DNA of 56,795 bases from a candidate division Kazan bacterium (GCA_003647645.1 QMNG01000004.1:1-56795), one strand, 5' to 3'. Positions 1-10,680 are shown, numbered from the stretch's first letter. Notes: generated by a model from the letters alone, not told the origin. Numbers and translations: made by a program.

Positions 1-843
1 GGTGTATTGCAGGGTGACGTGAAGGACGTCTTGCTATTGGACGTGACCCCGCTGTCGCTCGGCTTGGAAACACTCGGCGGTGTTGGGACCAAGCTTATTG
101 AACGAAACACTACAATTCCAACTAGTAAATCACAGATATTCTCAACGGCGGCCGATAACCAACCAAGTGTCGAAATACATGTATTTCAAGGCGAGCGAGA
201 AATGGCCGCAGATAATAAGTCGCTGGGCCGGTTCATACTGGATGGTATCGCGCCAGCGCCCCGCGGTGTGCCTCAAATTGAGGTTACCTTTGACATCGAT
301 GCCAATGGTATTCTCAACGTTACGGCCAAGGACAAGGGAACTGGCAAAGAACAGCATATTACCATTACTGGCTCAAGTGGTATGAGCAAGGAGGAGGTAG
401 AGAGAATGGCCAAAGAGGCTGAGGCACATGCGGAAGAAGATAAAAAGAAAAGAGAGAAAATAGAAACCCGCAACCAAGCTGACAGTTTGGTCTATTCCTC
501 TGAAAAGGCCCTGAAAGATGCCGGCGACAAGGTTGATACTGCCCTCAAAGGCCAGATTGAAGATAGAATTAAAGCTGTTAAGGACGCATTAGAGAAGGAT
601 GACACCGAGACGATTAAAAAAGCAACCGCCGAATTGTCTGAGGCTATTCAAAAAATTGGCCAAGCGGTTTACGGGCAGAGTGGGCAAGGCGCTTCTCAGA
701 CAGGTGCTAAAACCGAGGGAGACAAAGGTGCCAAAGATGCTGATTTTACTCAGGCATCCGATTCGACCTCCGGTTCGAAAGGGTCAACTCAGGACGAACC
801 TTCACAATCCAGTGACGACAAATCTAGCGACGAGCAAAAATAA
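1..843 (+). CDS. dnaK: Chaperone DnaK, C-terminal part (5' truncated by window)
   Basis: [49 protein letters not shown]: Hsp70 substrate-binding domain. Confidence 0.98.
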   Translation, partial: GVLQGDVKDVLLLDVTPLSLGLETLGGVGTKLIERNTTIPTSKSQIFSTAADNQPSVEIHVFQGEREMAADNKSLGRFILDGIAPAPRGVPQIEVTFDIDANGILNVTAKDKGTGKEQHITITGSSGMSKEEVERMAKEAEAHAEEDKKKREKIETRNQADSLVYSSEKALKDAGDKVDTALKGQIEDRIKAVKDALEKDDTETIKKATAELSEAIQKIGQAVYGQSGQGASQTGAKTEGDKGAKDADFTQASDSTSGSKGSTQDEPSQSSDDKSSDEQK

Positions 844-950
844 CTGCTATGATTTAAGGTGTTATGGGGGAAAACACTGCCAATCCCATAAGGGATTATG
901 ATAATTCCTCTATCAACTACCTCAGCATAGAACGATGACTAAGAGAAAAT

Positions 951-1715
951 ATGAGGGAAGATATCACAATCTCACACGGATTAAGAAAATCTAGCATTTG
1001 GTTGGCATTTGTCAGCTTGCTGGTGTTTATTGTTCTGGCCGCTCCGAGGTGCAGCAGTTCAGAACCCGAGCCAACTTCGTCTGATAATGTTGTTTCTAAT
1101 GATAATAACTTTTTATCAGACAATCCGATTGGCAATATTGATTTACCCGGTTCTTCTCTGCCGGAATCAACGCCGGGTAATCAATATGACTCCGGACTGA
1201 ATAACTCGGCAGCGATGTATGCTTTGCTTCAGGACGAAAAAAACACAGCCATTGCCTCGATTCGGGCCCTGCAGGAGGATGTGATCCTAGCGTTGGTGTC
1301 ACTTAAATTTGTCAATGGATTATCAGATAGCAACTTGGTGACCAACTATTATATCTATTTATCGGCTTCTAATCCCGATTACTATTATTTGGTGAATATG
1401 CCCAGAAACAGCGCAAGTTTAAAGAGGTTTCTAATGCCCAAGGAGGATCTGGCGCTGCCGTTCAATCTGTTAGAAGTTCAGGATCAATATTGGAAACTTT
1501 CTTATGCTGACGCGTTGCAGGAAGTTGAGAAGCGAGGAGGGTTGACCTTTAGGGCTAATCATCCGGATGCGTTTGAAGTTTCTGCCATCTTGGCTAAACC
1601 AGCCAATCAGTTCACCAACTGGTTTATAACTTATCGGGCAACTGATGGTACTGGCGAAGTTTTCAAAGCGACTGTTGATGCGGTAAATGGAGAGACAACG
1701 ATAGTTGGGAACTAA
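951..1715 (+). CDS. Hypothetical exported/membrane-anchored protein, possible PepSY-like C-terminus
   Basis: 254-aa ORF, N-terminal hydrophobic segment, low-complexity linker, C-terminal W..TY...VDAVNG pattern. Confidence 0.7.
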   Translation: MREDITISHGLRKSSIWLAFVSLLVFIVLAAPRCSSSEPEPTSSDNVVSNDNNFLSDNPIGNIDLPGSSLPESTPGNQYDSGLNNSAAMYALLQDEKNTAIASIRALQEDVILALVSLKFVNGLSDSNLVTNYYIYLSASNPDYYYLVNMPRNSASLKRFLMPKEDLALPFNLLEVQDQYWKLSYADALQEVEKRGGLTFRANHPDAFEVSAILAKPANQFTNWFITYRATDGTGEVFKATVDAVNGETTIVGN

Positions 1716-1768
1716 GAAATAGCGAGTATAGAACAGGGTATCGACCTGTATGGGTCGTCGGTTAATTT

Positions 1769-2860
1769 ATGGGTAAAGACTATTACAACATATTGGGTGT
1801 AGACAGAAATGCCTCACCGGAAGAAATTAAAAAGGCTTATCGTAAGCTGGCTTTAAAGTATCATCCTGACAAAGGCAAGAACGGTGACGAAACCAAGTTT
1901 AAAGATGTCAACGAAGCGTATCAGGTGCTTGGTAATGAACAAAAGCGCCGGCAGTACGATCAGTTTGGGCAAGCTTTCAGCGGATCCAGCAAAGCGGGCT
2001 TTGATTTTACCTCGGGGGGTGTGCCGCCTCAGTGGGATTTCAGCGGATTCCAGCAAAGCGGATTTGGCGATATGGGAGATATTTTTGAAACCTTTTTTGG
2101 CAGAAGCGGCTCACGCCGCAGAAGCCCCGCAGATATTAAACGGGGCAGGGATTTAGAAACTGTGATTGAGATAACTTTTGACGAAGCCTTGTTCGGAGCA
2201 AGTAAAGATGTATACGTCAACCGGGAAGTTCCATGTGATTCATGCTCGGCTACCGGGTCTGCCACTGGTAAGCAAAAAACTTGTGATAGATGTGGGGGTA
2301 AAGGACAGACAGAAGTCATCCGCAAGACCATGCTGGGTGCCATTCGCCAAGTGCAGGTTTGTCCGGAGTGTAAGGGCTTGGGTGAGGTACCCGAAAAGAA
2401 CTGCAAAGCCTGTCGGGGGGAAGGAAAGATTCGTAAGTCCGAAAAAATTAAAGTTGAAATCCCGGCTGGAATTGATCAGGGCCAAACAATTCGGGTGACC
2501 AGCAAGGGTGACGCTGGTTGGCGGGGCGGCAAAATCGGTGATTTGTATCTGACCGTAAATATTTTACCAAGCAAGGAGTATGCGCGAGAGGGAGATGACC
2601 TAAGCAAAGTTGTTTCAATTCCGTTTACTACTGCGGTATTGGGGGGAAGTGTTGAAGTAACTACGCCGTATGATTCGATTAATTTAAAAATTCCAGCCGG
2701 AACCAAGGCTGGGGAGATATTCAAAGTTCGCGATCATGGAGTTCAGAAGCTGAATAGTCTTAAAAAAGGCAATCTCTATTTAGAGATAGATATTGATGTT
2801 CCCAAACGTTTAACTCTAAAACAGCGTAGGCTGCTACAAGAGCTAGACAAGGAATTTTAA
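1769..2860 (+). CDS. dnaJ: Chaperone DnaJ
   Basis: J-domain with HPD, G/F-rich region, four CxxCxGxG-type zinc repeats. Confidence 0.97.
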   Translation: MGKDYYNILGVDRNASPEEIKKAYRKLALKYHPDKGKNGDETKFKDVNEAYQVLGNEQKRRQYDQFGQAFSGSSKAGFDFTSGGVPPQWDFSGFQQSGFGDMGDIFETFFGRSGSRRRSPADIKRGRDLETVIEITFDEALFGASKDVYVNREVPCDSCSATGSATGKQKTCDRCGGKGQTEVIRKTMLGAIRQVQVCPECKGLGEVPEKNCKACRGEGKIRKSEKIKVEIPAGIDQGQTIRVTSKGDAGWRGGKIGDLYLTVNILPSKEYAREGDDLSKVVSIPFTTAVLGGSVEVTTPYDSINLKIPAGTKAGEIFKVRDHGVQKLNSLKKGNLYLEIDIDVPKRLTLKQRRLLQELDKEF

Positions 2861-2862
2861 TT

Positions 2863-2990
2863 GCCGCATTTTGCTCGTCCAAAATGTGGCACAAAAGGGC
2901 GCCGCAGTTCGTCGAAGCTAACTAAGAGATTTATCTCATTGGCTAACGCTTCTCCTCCAATGCGGGTAGAAATCCAAGGAGGGGATTTTT
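2863..2990 (+). repeat. Dispersed structured element, short copy F
   Basis: GCCGCATTTTG/CAAAATGTGGC hairpin, AAAA, GGGCG pseudoknot arm, CCGCA..CTCCAA-TGCGG core; start nearly identical to copy at 41079. Confidence 0.7.
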
Positions 2991-3019
2991 TTATTCTTTT
3001 TTGATATGATTAGACTGTT

Positions 3020-3535
3020 ATGGTTCCTACATGGGATATAGTTTTACTAGCTTTTGGGGGCGCAAGCATCGTCTACGGTTTGATGTTGCGCGAGCGAGTG
3101 ATAGTAACCTTATTGGGGGCCTATGCTGCTATAGTGATAACCAACATTTGGGGAGTTGCGCTTTATGAAATAGTAACCAACCAGAGCGCGGCAGTATTAA
3201 GCGAACAATTGGTTAACACCAATAACATCTCCGTATTTACAATGCAGATGGTTATTTTTGCGGGGGTACTGTTGATTATTGCTCTTAAGGGCGGAGTGTT
3301 GATTCATCCAGAATCGCTTGGTACTGGAGTGATGTCGATGATTGTGCTGGTATTATATGGTCTGCTAAGTGCAACATTGATAGCTTCAGCAATATTGGGA
3401 TTTTTACCACAAGACCAACTTAATGTTGTCTATGAAGGCTCCAACATAGCTCGCTATTTAGTGGATTACCAAAACTGGGTTCTTATCGCGCCGCTTTTGG
3501 TAATGCTGGTTTCCGGTTGGGGGTCGAGAGAATAA
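3020..3535 (+). CDS. Multi-pass membrane protein (CvpA-like topology)
   Basis: 171 aa with about five hydrophobic helices. Confidence 0.7.
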   Translation: MVPTWDIVLLAFGGASIVYGLMLRERVIVTLLGAYAAIVITNIWGVALYEIVTNQSAAVLSEQLVNTNNISVFTMQMVIFAGVLLIIALKGGVLIHPESLGTGVMSMIVLVLYGLLSATLIASAILGFLPQDQLNVVYEGSNIARYLVDYQNWVLIAPLLVMLVSGWGSRE

Positions 3536-3574
3536 TGATTTGTCATTTTAGGCGTTTCATTTTAAAGTGTAGTC

Positions 3575-3967
3575 ATGCGGATACGCTTGTTAAATTTTGG
3601 CAAGGATAATATTGCTTGGCTTCAATGGGGCCGATTTAAACGGCGCGAGCAGAGTCTGTTCGTTTTTGTTTGGCTGTCGGCCGTATTGCACGTTATATTT
3701 TGGGTAATTTGGCATTTCTTCGTGGCGCCGTATCCCATCGCTCTAACCATTCCTTTGGCCACAAATTTGGGGATATTCAATTTCTTATATGATTATTTTT
3801 GGCCTCTGGGTAACACAGCTATTTTGATATTGAATACACTGCTAGCTTTCCAGATATACAAAAAGGATATCTTCGCCAGCTGGCTTTTAATTGGTGCTAA
3901 TATTTTCTTACAAATTTTGGCCTTAGCGATTACTCTTTTCCTCATATCGTTTAGTAGCTCATTGTAA
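3575..3967 (+). CDS. Hypothetical membrane protein
   Basis: 130 aa, three to four hydrophobic segments, 2 nt before the next ORF. Confidence 0.7.
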   Translation: MRIRLLNFGKDNIAWLQWGRFKRREQSLFVFVWLSAVLHVIFWVIWHFFVAPYPIALTIPLATNLGIFNFLYDYFWPLGNTAILILNTLLAFQIYKKDIFASWLLIGANIFLQILALAITLFLISFSSSL

Positions 3968-3969
3968 TT

Positions 3970-5199
3970 ATGATATTTTTCGAGTCAAATTTAATTCTTT
4001 ATTACTTTGGAATTTTCTTCACCTTGTATATAGGCGTCTTCTATCTGATTACATTATTTGAAAACAGAGAGAAAATTAGAGATCCTAAGGTTGGTAAGCT
4101 TTACACCCTTAGTATTATTGTGCCGGCGTTCAACGAGGCCAAAACCATTGGCAAGACTTTGGTATCTTTAAAGAATTTAAATTATCCCCAAGATAAAATA
4201 AAGATCATTGTGGTAGATGACGGCTCTACTGACAACACATATGAGATTGCCAGCAGATTTTCTGGCGTAAAAGTGATTAAAAAAGAAAATGGGGGCAAGG
4301 CCAGCGCTATTAATATTGGATTGAAAGAGGTTGGCACAGAGTTAGTAGCGGTGATGGACGCAGATTCGTTTGTAACTGAGCATGCCTTGTGGTCAATGGT
4401 GGGATACTTTAGAAATAAACGAACAATGGCCGTGACGCCGGCGTTGAAAGTTTATAGTCCCAAGGGTTTTTGGCAGGGAGTCCAATATGTCGAGTATCTT
4501 TTTTCTGTATTTTTCAGGAAGATGTTTTCGTTTCTAAATGGAGTGTATGTCACCCCGGGTCCGTTTTCGGTATATCGCAAAGAATTTTTTGACAAGTACG
4601 GCGATTTTCAGGAAAACAATATGAGTGAAGACCTGGAAGTTGCCTTAAGGATTCAATCTCATGATTATAAGATTGAAAATTCTATTAATGCCGAAGTATT
4701 CACTGTGGCTCCGAATAATTTTAAAGCTCTGCTAAAACAAAGAGTGAGATGGTATAGCGGAGTATTAAACAATCTTTATGCTTACCGCCATTTGTTCGGG
4801 TCTAGAAGGGGATATTTGGGGATATTTGTTTTGCCGGTAACACTTGTATCTATTGTTCTGGTTTTGGCGCTCTTGGGATATTATGGAGCAACGCTGTTTA
4901 TAAGTCTGTTAAAAAATCTTTATCAAATTAGGTTGGTCAGTTTTGATGTCATGGGTATAGCACAAGACTATCTTGCTAATTTTTCAGTGCTCAAATATAT
5001 TAGTCCAACCTTGGTACTGTTTGTTCTAACAATCAGCTTTACGGTAACAATATTCATTTTGTCTCGCATTTATTCACAGGATAAAGGCAAGGTCTTCGGT
5101 AGTTTTTTGATGTATGCATTGGTTTATGGCCCTATATTTGGCGTGATGTGGATTACTACCATAGCGCACAAGATTTTAAATCTTAAAATAAAATGGTAA
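3970..5199 (+). CDS. Processive family-2 glycosyltransferase (cellulose synthase/PNAG synthase-like)
   Basis: IIVPAFNE, DDGSTD, GKASA, DAD, SED and QRVRW motifs plus TM helices. Confidence 0.92.
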   Translation: MIFFESNLILYYFGIFFTLYIGVFYLITLFENREKIRDPKVGKLYTLSIIVPAFNEAKTIGKTLVSLKNLNYPQDKIKIIVVDDGSTDNTYEIASRFSGVKVIKKENGGKASAINIGLKEVGTELVAVMDADSFVTEHALWSMVGYFRNKRTMAVTPALKVYSPKGFWQGVQYVEYLFSVFFRKMFSFLNGVYVTPGPFSVYRKEFFDKYGDFQENNMSEDLEVALRIQSHDYKIENSINAEVFTVAPNNFKALLKQRVRWYSGVLNNLYAYRHLFGSRRGYLGIFVLPVTLVSIVLVLALLGYYGATLFISLLKNLYQIRLVSFDVMGIAQDYLANFSVLKYISPTLVLFVLTISFTVTIFILSRIYSQDKGKVFGSFLMYALVYGPIFGVMWITTIAHKILNLKIKW

Positions 5200-5855
5200 G
5201 TCGCAGGATAAACTATGTGAAGTTTGTTTTTGCCTTTCTCATTGCTGGCGCGATATTTTTTGGAGGCCTGTTCTTAGGTAGTCAGTTAACTTCTCTGCAG
5301 ATTCATAACATTACCAGCATTCAGGAAGATTTGAAAACATCACTGGCAAGTTTAGAGCTTCGTCATGATTTACTAAAACAAAATATTTGTGGAATATCTG
5401 ATTTTGGTTTGTTTGGAGCGGAACTGGGTGATTTAGGCAGGCAGCTAGCAGATGTGGAAAAGGGCTTTGGGAAAAATAAAGAGAACATTCTGAAACTCAA
5501 AGAACCATATTTCTTGCTGGAAATCCGTCATTTCTTATTATTGCAGGAGGCCAAAAACAAATGTGGCAATGATATTGATTTGGTTTTGTATTTTTATTCA
5601 AATGATCCCAAACAGTGCGAACAATGTGATGACCAAGGATATATTCTAAGCTATTTGCAGGACAAAATAGGCTACGAAAAAATTAAAATTTATTCTTTCG
5701 ATATTCGTTCCCAATCGCCGTCAGTCCAAACTTTAATGGATTTGTACAATGTTGAGAGAGTTCCGTTGGTGGTGATAAACGACAATGTTTACAATCAGTT
5801 TTTGACCCTTGAAGAAATTCAGGAAATCTTAGGGGTGGCAGATACTCTTGGTTAA
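5193..5855 (+). CDS. Membrane-anchored thioredoxin-fold protein
   Basis: N-terminal TM, LYFYS..CEQC motif, VP-LVVIND cis-Pro-like motif; overlaps GT2 stop. Confidence 0.7.
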   Translation: MVSRRINYVKFVFAFLIAGAIFFGGLFLGSQLTSLQIHNITSIQEDLKTSLASLELRHDLLKQNICGISDFGLFGAELGDLGRQLADVEKGFGKNKENILKLKEPYFLLEIRHFLLLQEAKNKCGNDIDLVLYFYSNDPKQCEQCDDQGYILSYLQDKIGYEKIKIYSFDIRSQSPSVQTLMDLYNVERVPLVVINDNVYNQFLTLEEIQEILGVADTLG

Positions 5856-6048
5856 AACTAAACATACAGAAAGTCTTAAAATAGTGTCTTGATTTTTGAT
5901 TATATCGGTTGCTAGAATCAAGTATTTATTTTATCTAGAGAATAACGCGCTAGATCATTTTACTTGTCTGAAAGCAGTTTTTATGATAGGTTGGTAACAA
6001 ACTTGTTCGTATTGATGAGTGTTCATTACCAAAAAGGAGGTGACTCTA

Positions 6049-6840
6049 ATGCCGAAATGTGCTGGTGGATGCGGTCGTGAGGTTGCCAGTGAGGGCGACT
6101 ACTGTAAGATTTGTGGTTATGGACAGTCAGATACTTTGAGAAGTAACCACAATGTTCAGCCCATTATTCCTGCGCAGGGGACAGATGAAGATTCTAACTC
6201 CCATCGGCTCTCTGAATTTCTTAAGGGAGGTATGTCTTCCGCAGCGAACCAAGGACCAGCTTATCGTGGGAGTGTTGGTGAAAGGATGGGAAAAATCATT
6301 GGACCCTTGGTTGGTGTTGTAGTAGTTTTAGTCATTGCGGGTTTTGTAGCTGCGGGCATCAAGATCACTGCAGAGACCGTTGGAGTGGTCTCCCAGGAAG
6401 TTGATGAGCAGATGAAGGAGAAAATCGAGAGAAAATTTAATCCGCCATCCTCAACATTCTCAGCTTCGTTTAAGGACAAAGGGGGCAATTATCGTGAAGT
6501 TCAGATGTCTCTGATAGCTGATCCCAGACCATATGACGGTAGCTGTCTCATCGTCAATATTGGTGAAACGGGTACAATTCGCGCCAGGGTTCTAGGTATT
6601 GAGGAGAAAGATTACTATATCAAGTGGATTCTCAAACCCCAGTTGGTTGGGATCACGGATTGGGAGCAAGTCGATCACAACACGATTAATGTTTCATTTA
6701 GCAAGAAGATTCCCTGGAAAGTTATTGGTGATAAAGACCCACGATCGCTGAACGGGAAGAACGGGTTTCGTGCAGAATTATACCTTCGGTCTGAACGGAG
6801 GTTGCTATGCACCTGCTGGATGGATGTTCAGTGCAATTAG
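6049..6840 (+). CDS. Hypothetical protein with N-terminal Cys-rich zinc-ribbon-like motif and one TM helix
   Basis: AAGGAGG SD before ATG 6049; CAGGC...CKIC; hydrophobic segment mid-protein. Confidence 0.7.
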   Translation: MPKCAGGCGREVASEGDYCKICGYGQSDTLRSNHNVQPIIPAQGTDEDSNSHRLSEFLKGGMSSAANQGPAYRGSVGERMGKIIGPLVGVVVVLVIAGFVAAGIKITAETVGVVSQEVDEQMKEKIERKFNPPSSTFSASFKDKGGNYREVQMSLIADPRPYDGSCLIVNIGETGTIRARVLGIEEKDYYIKWILKPQLVGITDWEQVDHNTINVSFSKKIPWKVIGDKDPRSLNGKNGFRAELYLRSERRLLCTCWMDVQCN

Positions 6841-7046
6841 CTGTATTGGTTCGTTGATAAAGGCCTTTGTAAAAGATACTTAGGCCTTTTTTATTGGCTG
6901 TCTGGGGTCAGCAATCCTGCATATTTTTGTTTATGTCGATTATTAAAATTAAATAACGTGTTTTATACCGAGGAATAATATATTAGTTAATTATCCAAGC
7001 GTTCCGGCATTATGGAATATAATCAGTTCCAAAATGCTCTACAGAG

Positions 7047-7075
7047 TTGACATTAGAAGAGTTATCCCTTAGCAT
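7047..7075 (+). promoter_or_regulatory. Putative sigma70 promoter of the 16S gene
   Basis: TTGACA-17 nt-TAGCAT. Confidence 0.55.
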
Positions 7076-7315
7076 AACTAACGGTATATTATAATCTTTT
7101 AAAAGGAGTAAATTACAAGGTTTCTGGCTTTCTTTTGATCTGATCAAAGGACTTAAGAAATCTGCCTGTCCCGACGCATTTCGGGGTCGGTTTTTATTCC
7201 TTACTACCAGCACTTTTCCATCTAGATAGTACTTAGAGAGTTTTAGTTTTTACTTTAACTTTTCGTAATTTTACGTTAACGTTAATCGTTTTTGAAACAT
7301 TTTTGTTTCAAAAAC

Positions 7316-8788
<1,473 letters not shown>

Positions 8789-8947
8789 TAGGGAGACCCA
8801 TATATTTGGCAGCTAGATTACTAGGTGTGCAAATATTAAAGGTTCTTACTAGAATCATTGGTCGAGATTTCGCTATATGCGAAATCAATTCTGCTGTACA
8901 GCAGAATCTCCGACTCTCTAAGTACTATCTGGGTGGATAAGTATCCT

Positions 8948-9144
8948 TCGGTACTTTGTCTTGCCAAAGTACCCAAAGCGTCTCCGCAGTCGCTCTCATT
9001 ATTCATCTAATAAAATCCCCTTACTGCTCTCGCCAAACTTGCCCTACGGGCTTCGGACAGATGGCTTCGCAACAGGGATTTTATTGATTCAGGACATTCG
9101 AGCTCCAATGCTCGATGGTTGGCTCCGCCAAAAGGAAGATATTA
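8948..9144 (+). repeat. Dispersed structured element, copy A
   Basis: GGTACTTTG/CAAAGTACC hairpin; long identical blocks shared with the reverse-strand copy at 51971-52170. Confidence 0.9.
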
Positions 9145-9187
9145 TTTAAAATAAAAACCACTCCCTGTTCGGGGTGATTTTTATTTT

Positions 9188-9204
9188 TGGTGGACCCGGG
9201 CGGA
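9188..9204 (-). repeat. 17-bp direct repeat of the tRNA-Ala 3' end (att-like)
   Basis: TGGTGGACCCGGGCGGA identical at 9188-9204 and 9310-9326. Confidence 0.9.
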
Positions 9205-9309
9205 TTATCTTATTGCCACAGTACCAGTCGCAATGCTCCGGTACGTGGCACTCACTATTCGCTCTTATCGTGGCGGCGCCACGAACTTGAGCATAAGGCG
9301 AATAGTTCG

Positions 9310-9385
9310 TGGTGGACCCGGGCGGACTCGAACCGCCTACCTCCGCATTGCAAATGCGACGTTCTACCGGGTGAACTACGGGCCC
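9310..9385 (-). tRNA. tRNA-Ala(TGC)
   Basis: Cloverleaf GGGCCCG...TTTGCAA...TTCGAGT...CGGGTCCACCA with G3:U70. Confidence 0.97.
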
Positions 9386-9607
9386 CTATGTTCCAAACCA
9401 AATGAGGTCAATGTTTCCAAATCCTACCAGAAGCCCTATCAGGATGGCAAGCACTCCAAACAAAACATAAGCCAAGTAGGTGCCCCCGCCGCCCAAGAAC
9501 TTCTCAGCCCAGCCGATTTTATAACCAATTAGATCAGCTAGTTTTTTGTGGTAGATGATCAATAAAATTCCCCCAAAAACTCCAATAATGAAAATTAGAA
9601 ATCTCAT
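9386..9607 (-). CDS. Small two-TM membrane protein
   Basis: Two hydrophobic helices around IGWAEKFLGGGGT; stop codon abuts the tRNA-Ala 5' end. Confidence 0.7.
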   Translation of the reverse strand: MRFLIFIIGVFGGILLIIYHKKLADLIGYKIGWAEKFLGGGGTYLAYVLFGVLAILIGLLVGFGNIDLIWFGT

Positions 9608-9752
9608 AACATTCAAATTATATCAGGCAATCGCGTTGATAGAGAGTAAAATTCCTGTTAATCTACTGTTGTTGTATATTTAGACTAGAATCTACTTGAT
9701 AGTTAATTGTTAGTAGTTGGATATTGGAAATTAAATTGCGGAGCAATTTTGG

Positions 9753-10008
9753 GGGCATGTAGCTCAGTTGGTTAGAGCGCAGTCCTGACCAGCCGACGCA
9801 TAAATACATTTTGAAATTGTGGGCACATAGCTCAGTTGGTTAGAGCGCAGTCCTGATAAGACTGAGGTCCCTGGTTCGAGTCCAGGTGTGCCCACCACAA
9901 TTTCAAAATATGCTATGGCTGGCTAGGTAAGACTGCCTGTCCTCCGTAGCTCTATGAAATAGAGCGAAGGACGAAAGGTCCCTGGTTCGAATCCAGGCAT
10001 GCCCACCA
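9753..10008 (+). tRNA. Interrupted outer tRNA-Ile(GAT) in three pieces: 9753-9788, 9928-9935, 9976-10008; functional status unknown
   Basis: Pieces join to a 77-nt cloverleaf with acceptor GGGCATG/CATGCCC-ACCA. Confidence 0.85.
9821..9897 (+). tRNA. tRNA-Ile(GAT), intact, nested inside the outer tRNA-Ile
   Basis: GGGCACA...CTGATAA...TTCGAGT...TGTGCCCACCA, 77 nt. Confidence 0.97.
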
Positions 10009-10149
10009 GTAGGTTTTGTTAATATAAAATTTGGCTCTATTTTATTTTGTGATATGATACTCTTTCGGGTGAGAAGCAATCTCCCCCCACATCAACGTTC
10101 CGCTGCATAGCAAAATCAAGCATGAGGCGGGTACACCCATCAAAAATTT

Positions 10150-10680
10150 ATGAACACTAGAGAAGGGGGATTATCATCCGGAGAATCGGGGGAAGAAGAT
10201 AGCGCTGCTGGTTTTGAAGTAGTGCCTGGTTTGGAATTGGAGGATGGCAAAGAAGATGGCGAGGAAGAGGATTCTGTGCTGACAGCGGAAGAAGCTGTAG
10301 GGTTTATCAATGAGCTGGCTCAAAATGGGCAGACTGAAACGCTTCTGAATATCAAAGATAACTTCATTGAGTGCAAAGTATGCAGCGAAGATGAGTTTGA
10401 TGAACTGGTTGTTTTGGCCACAACAAAGCGAATCAGACGCTATATTGACATAGCTCAGGAAATTGAATCACAGATCGAAGAAATTAACAGAGTGCTTGGC
10501 CCAGATTGTGCTGGCTCGAATCATAATCAGGAAGTTGTTAGAGATTACTATCAACGGGCAGCTGAGCTAGATTTAGAGAGAGCTAAGATAATCCGTGGAC
10601 GGGAGTGGAGACACGACACTCATACAAAGCAGCTGCTAAAAGAATTGGGAAATGGGCTAAATCTTACCCCAGAAGAATAG
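10150..10680 (+). CDS. Hypothetical acidic protein
   Basis: 176-aa ORF followed by a terminator. Confidence 0.65.
   Translation: MNTREGGLSSGESGEEDSAAGFEVVPGLELEDGKEDGEEEDSVLTAEEAVGFINELAQNGQTETLLNIKDNFIECKVCSEDEFDELVVLATTKRIRRYIDIAQEIESQIEEINRVLGPDCAGSNHNQEVVRDYYQRAAELDLERAKIIRGREWRHDTHTKQLLKELGNGLNLTPEE

Noticed and set aside
8961-9149. 62-aa ORF similar to ORF 51914-52315 (KYP.RLRSRSHYSS...LIQDIRAPMLD)
   Set aside because: The similarity comes from the non-coding repeat; other copies do not keep the frame and variation follows base pairing, not codons.
9789-9927. Group I or group II intron in tRNA-Ile
   Set aside because: Only 62 nt remain outside the inner tRNA; no P7 core or domain V is visible.
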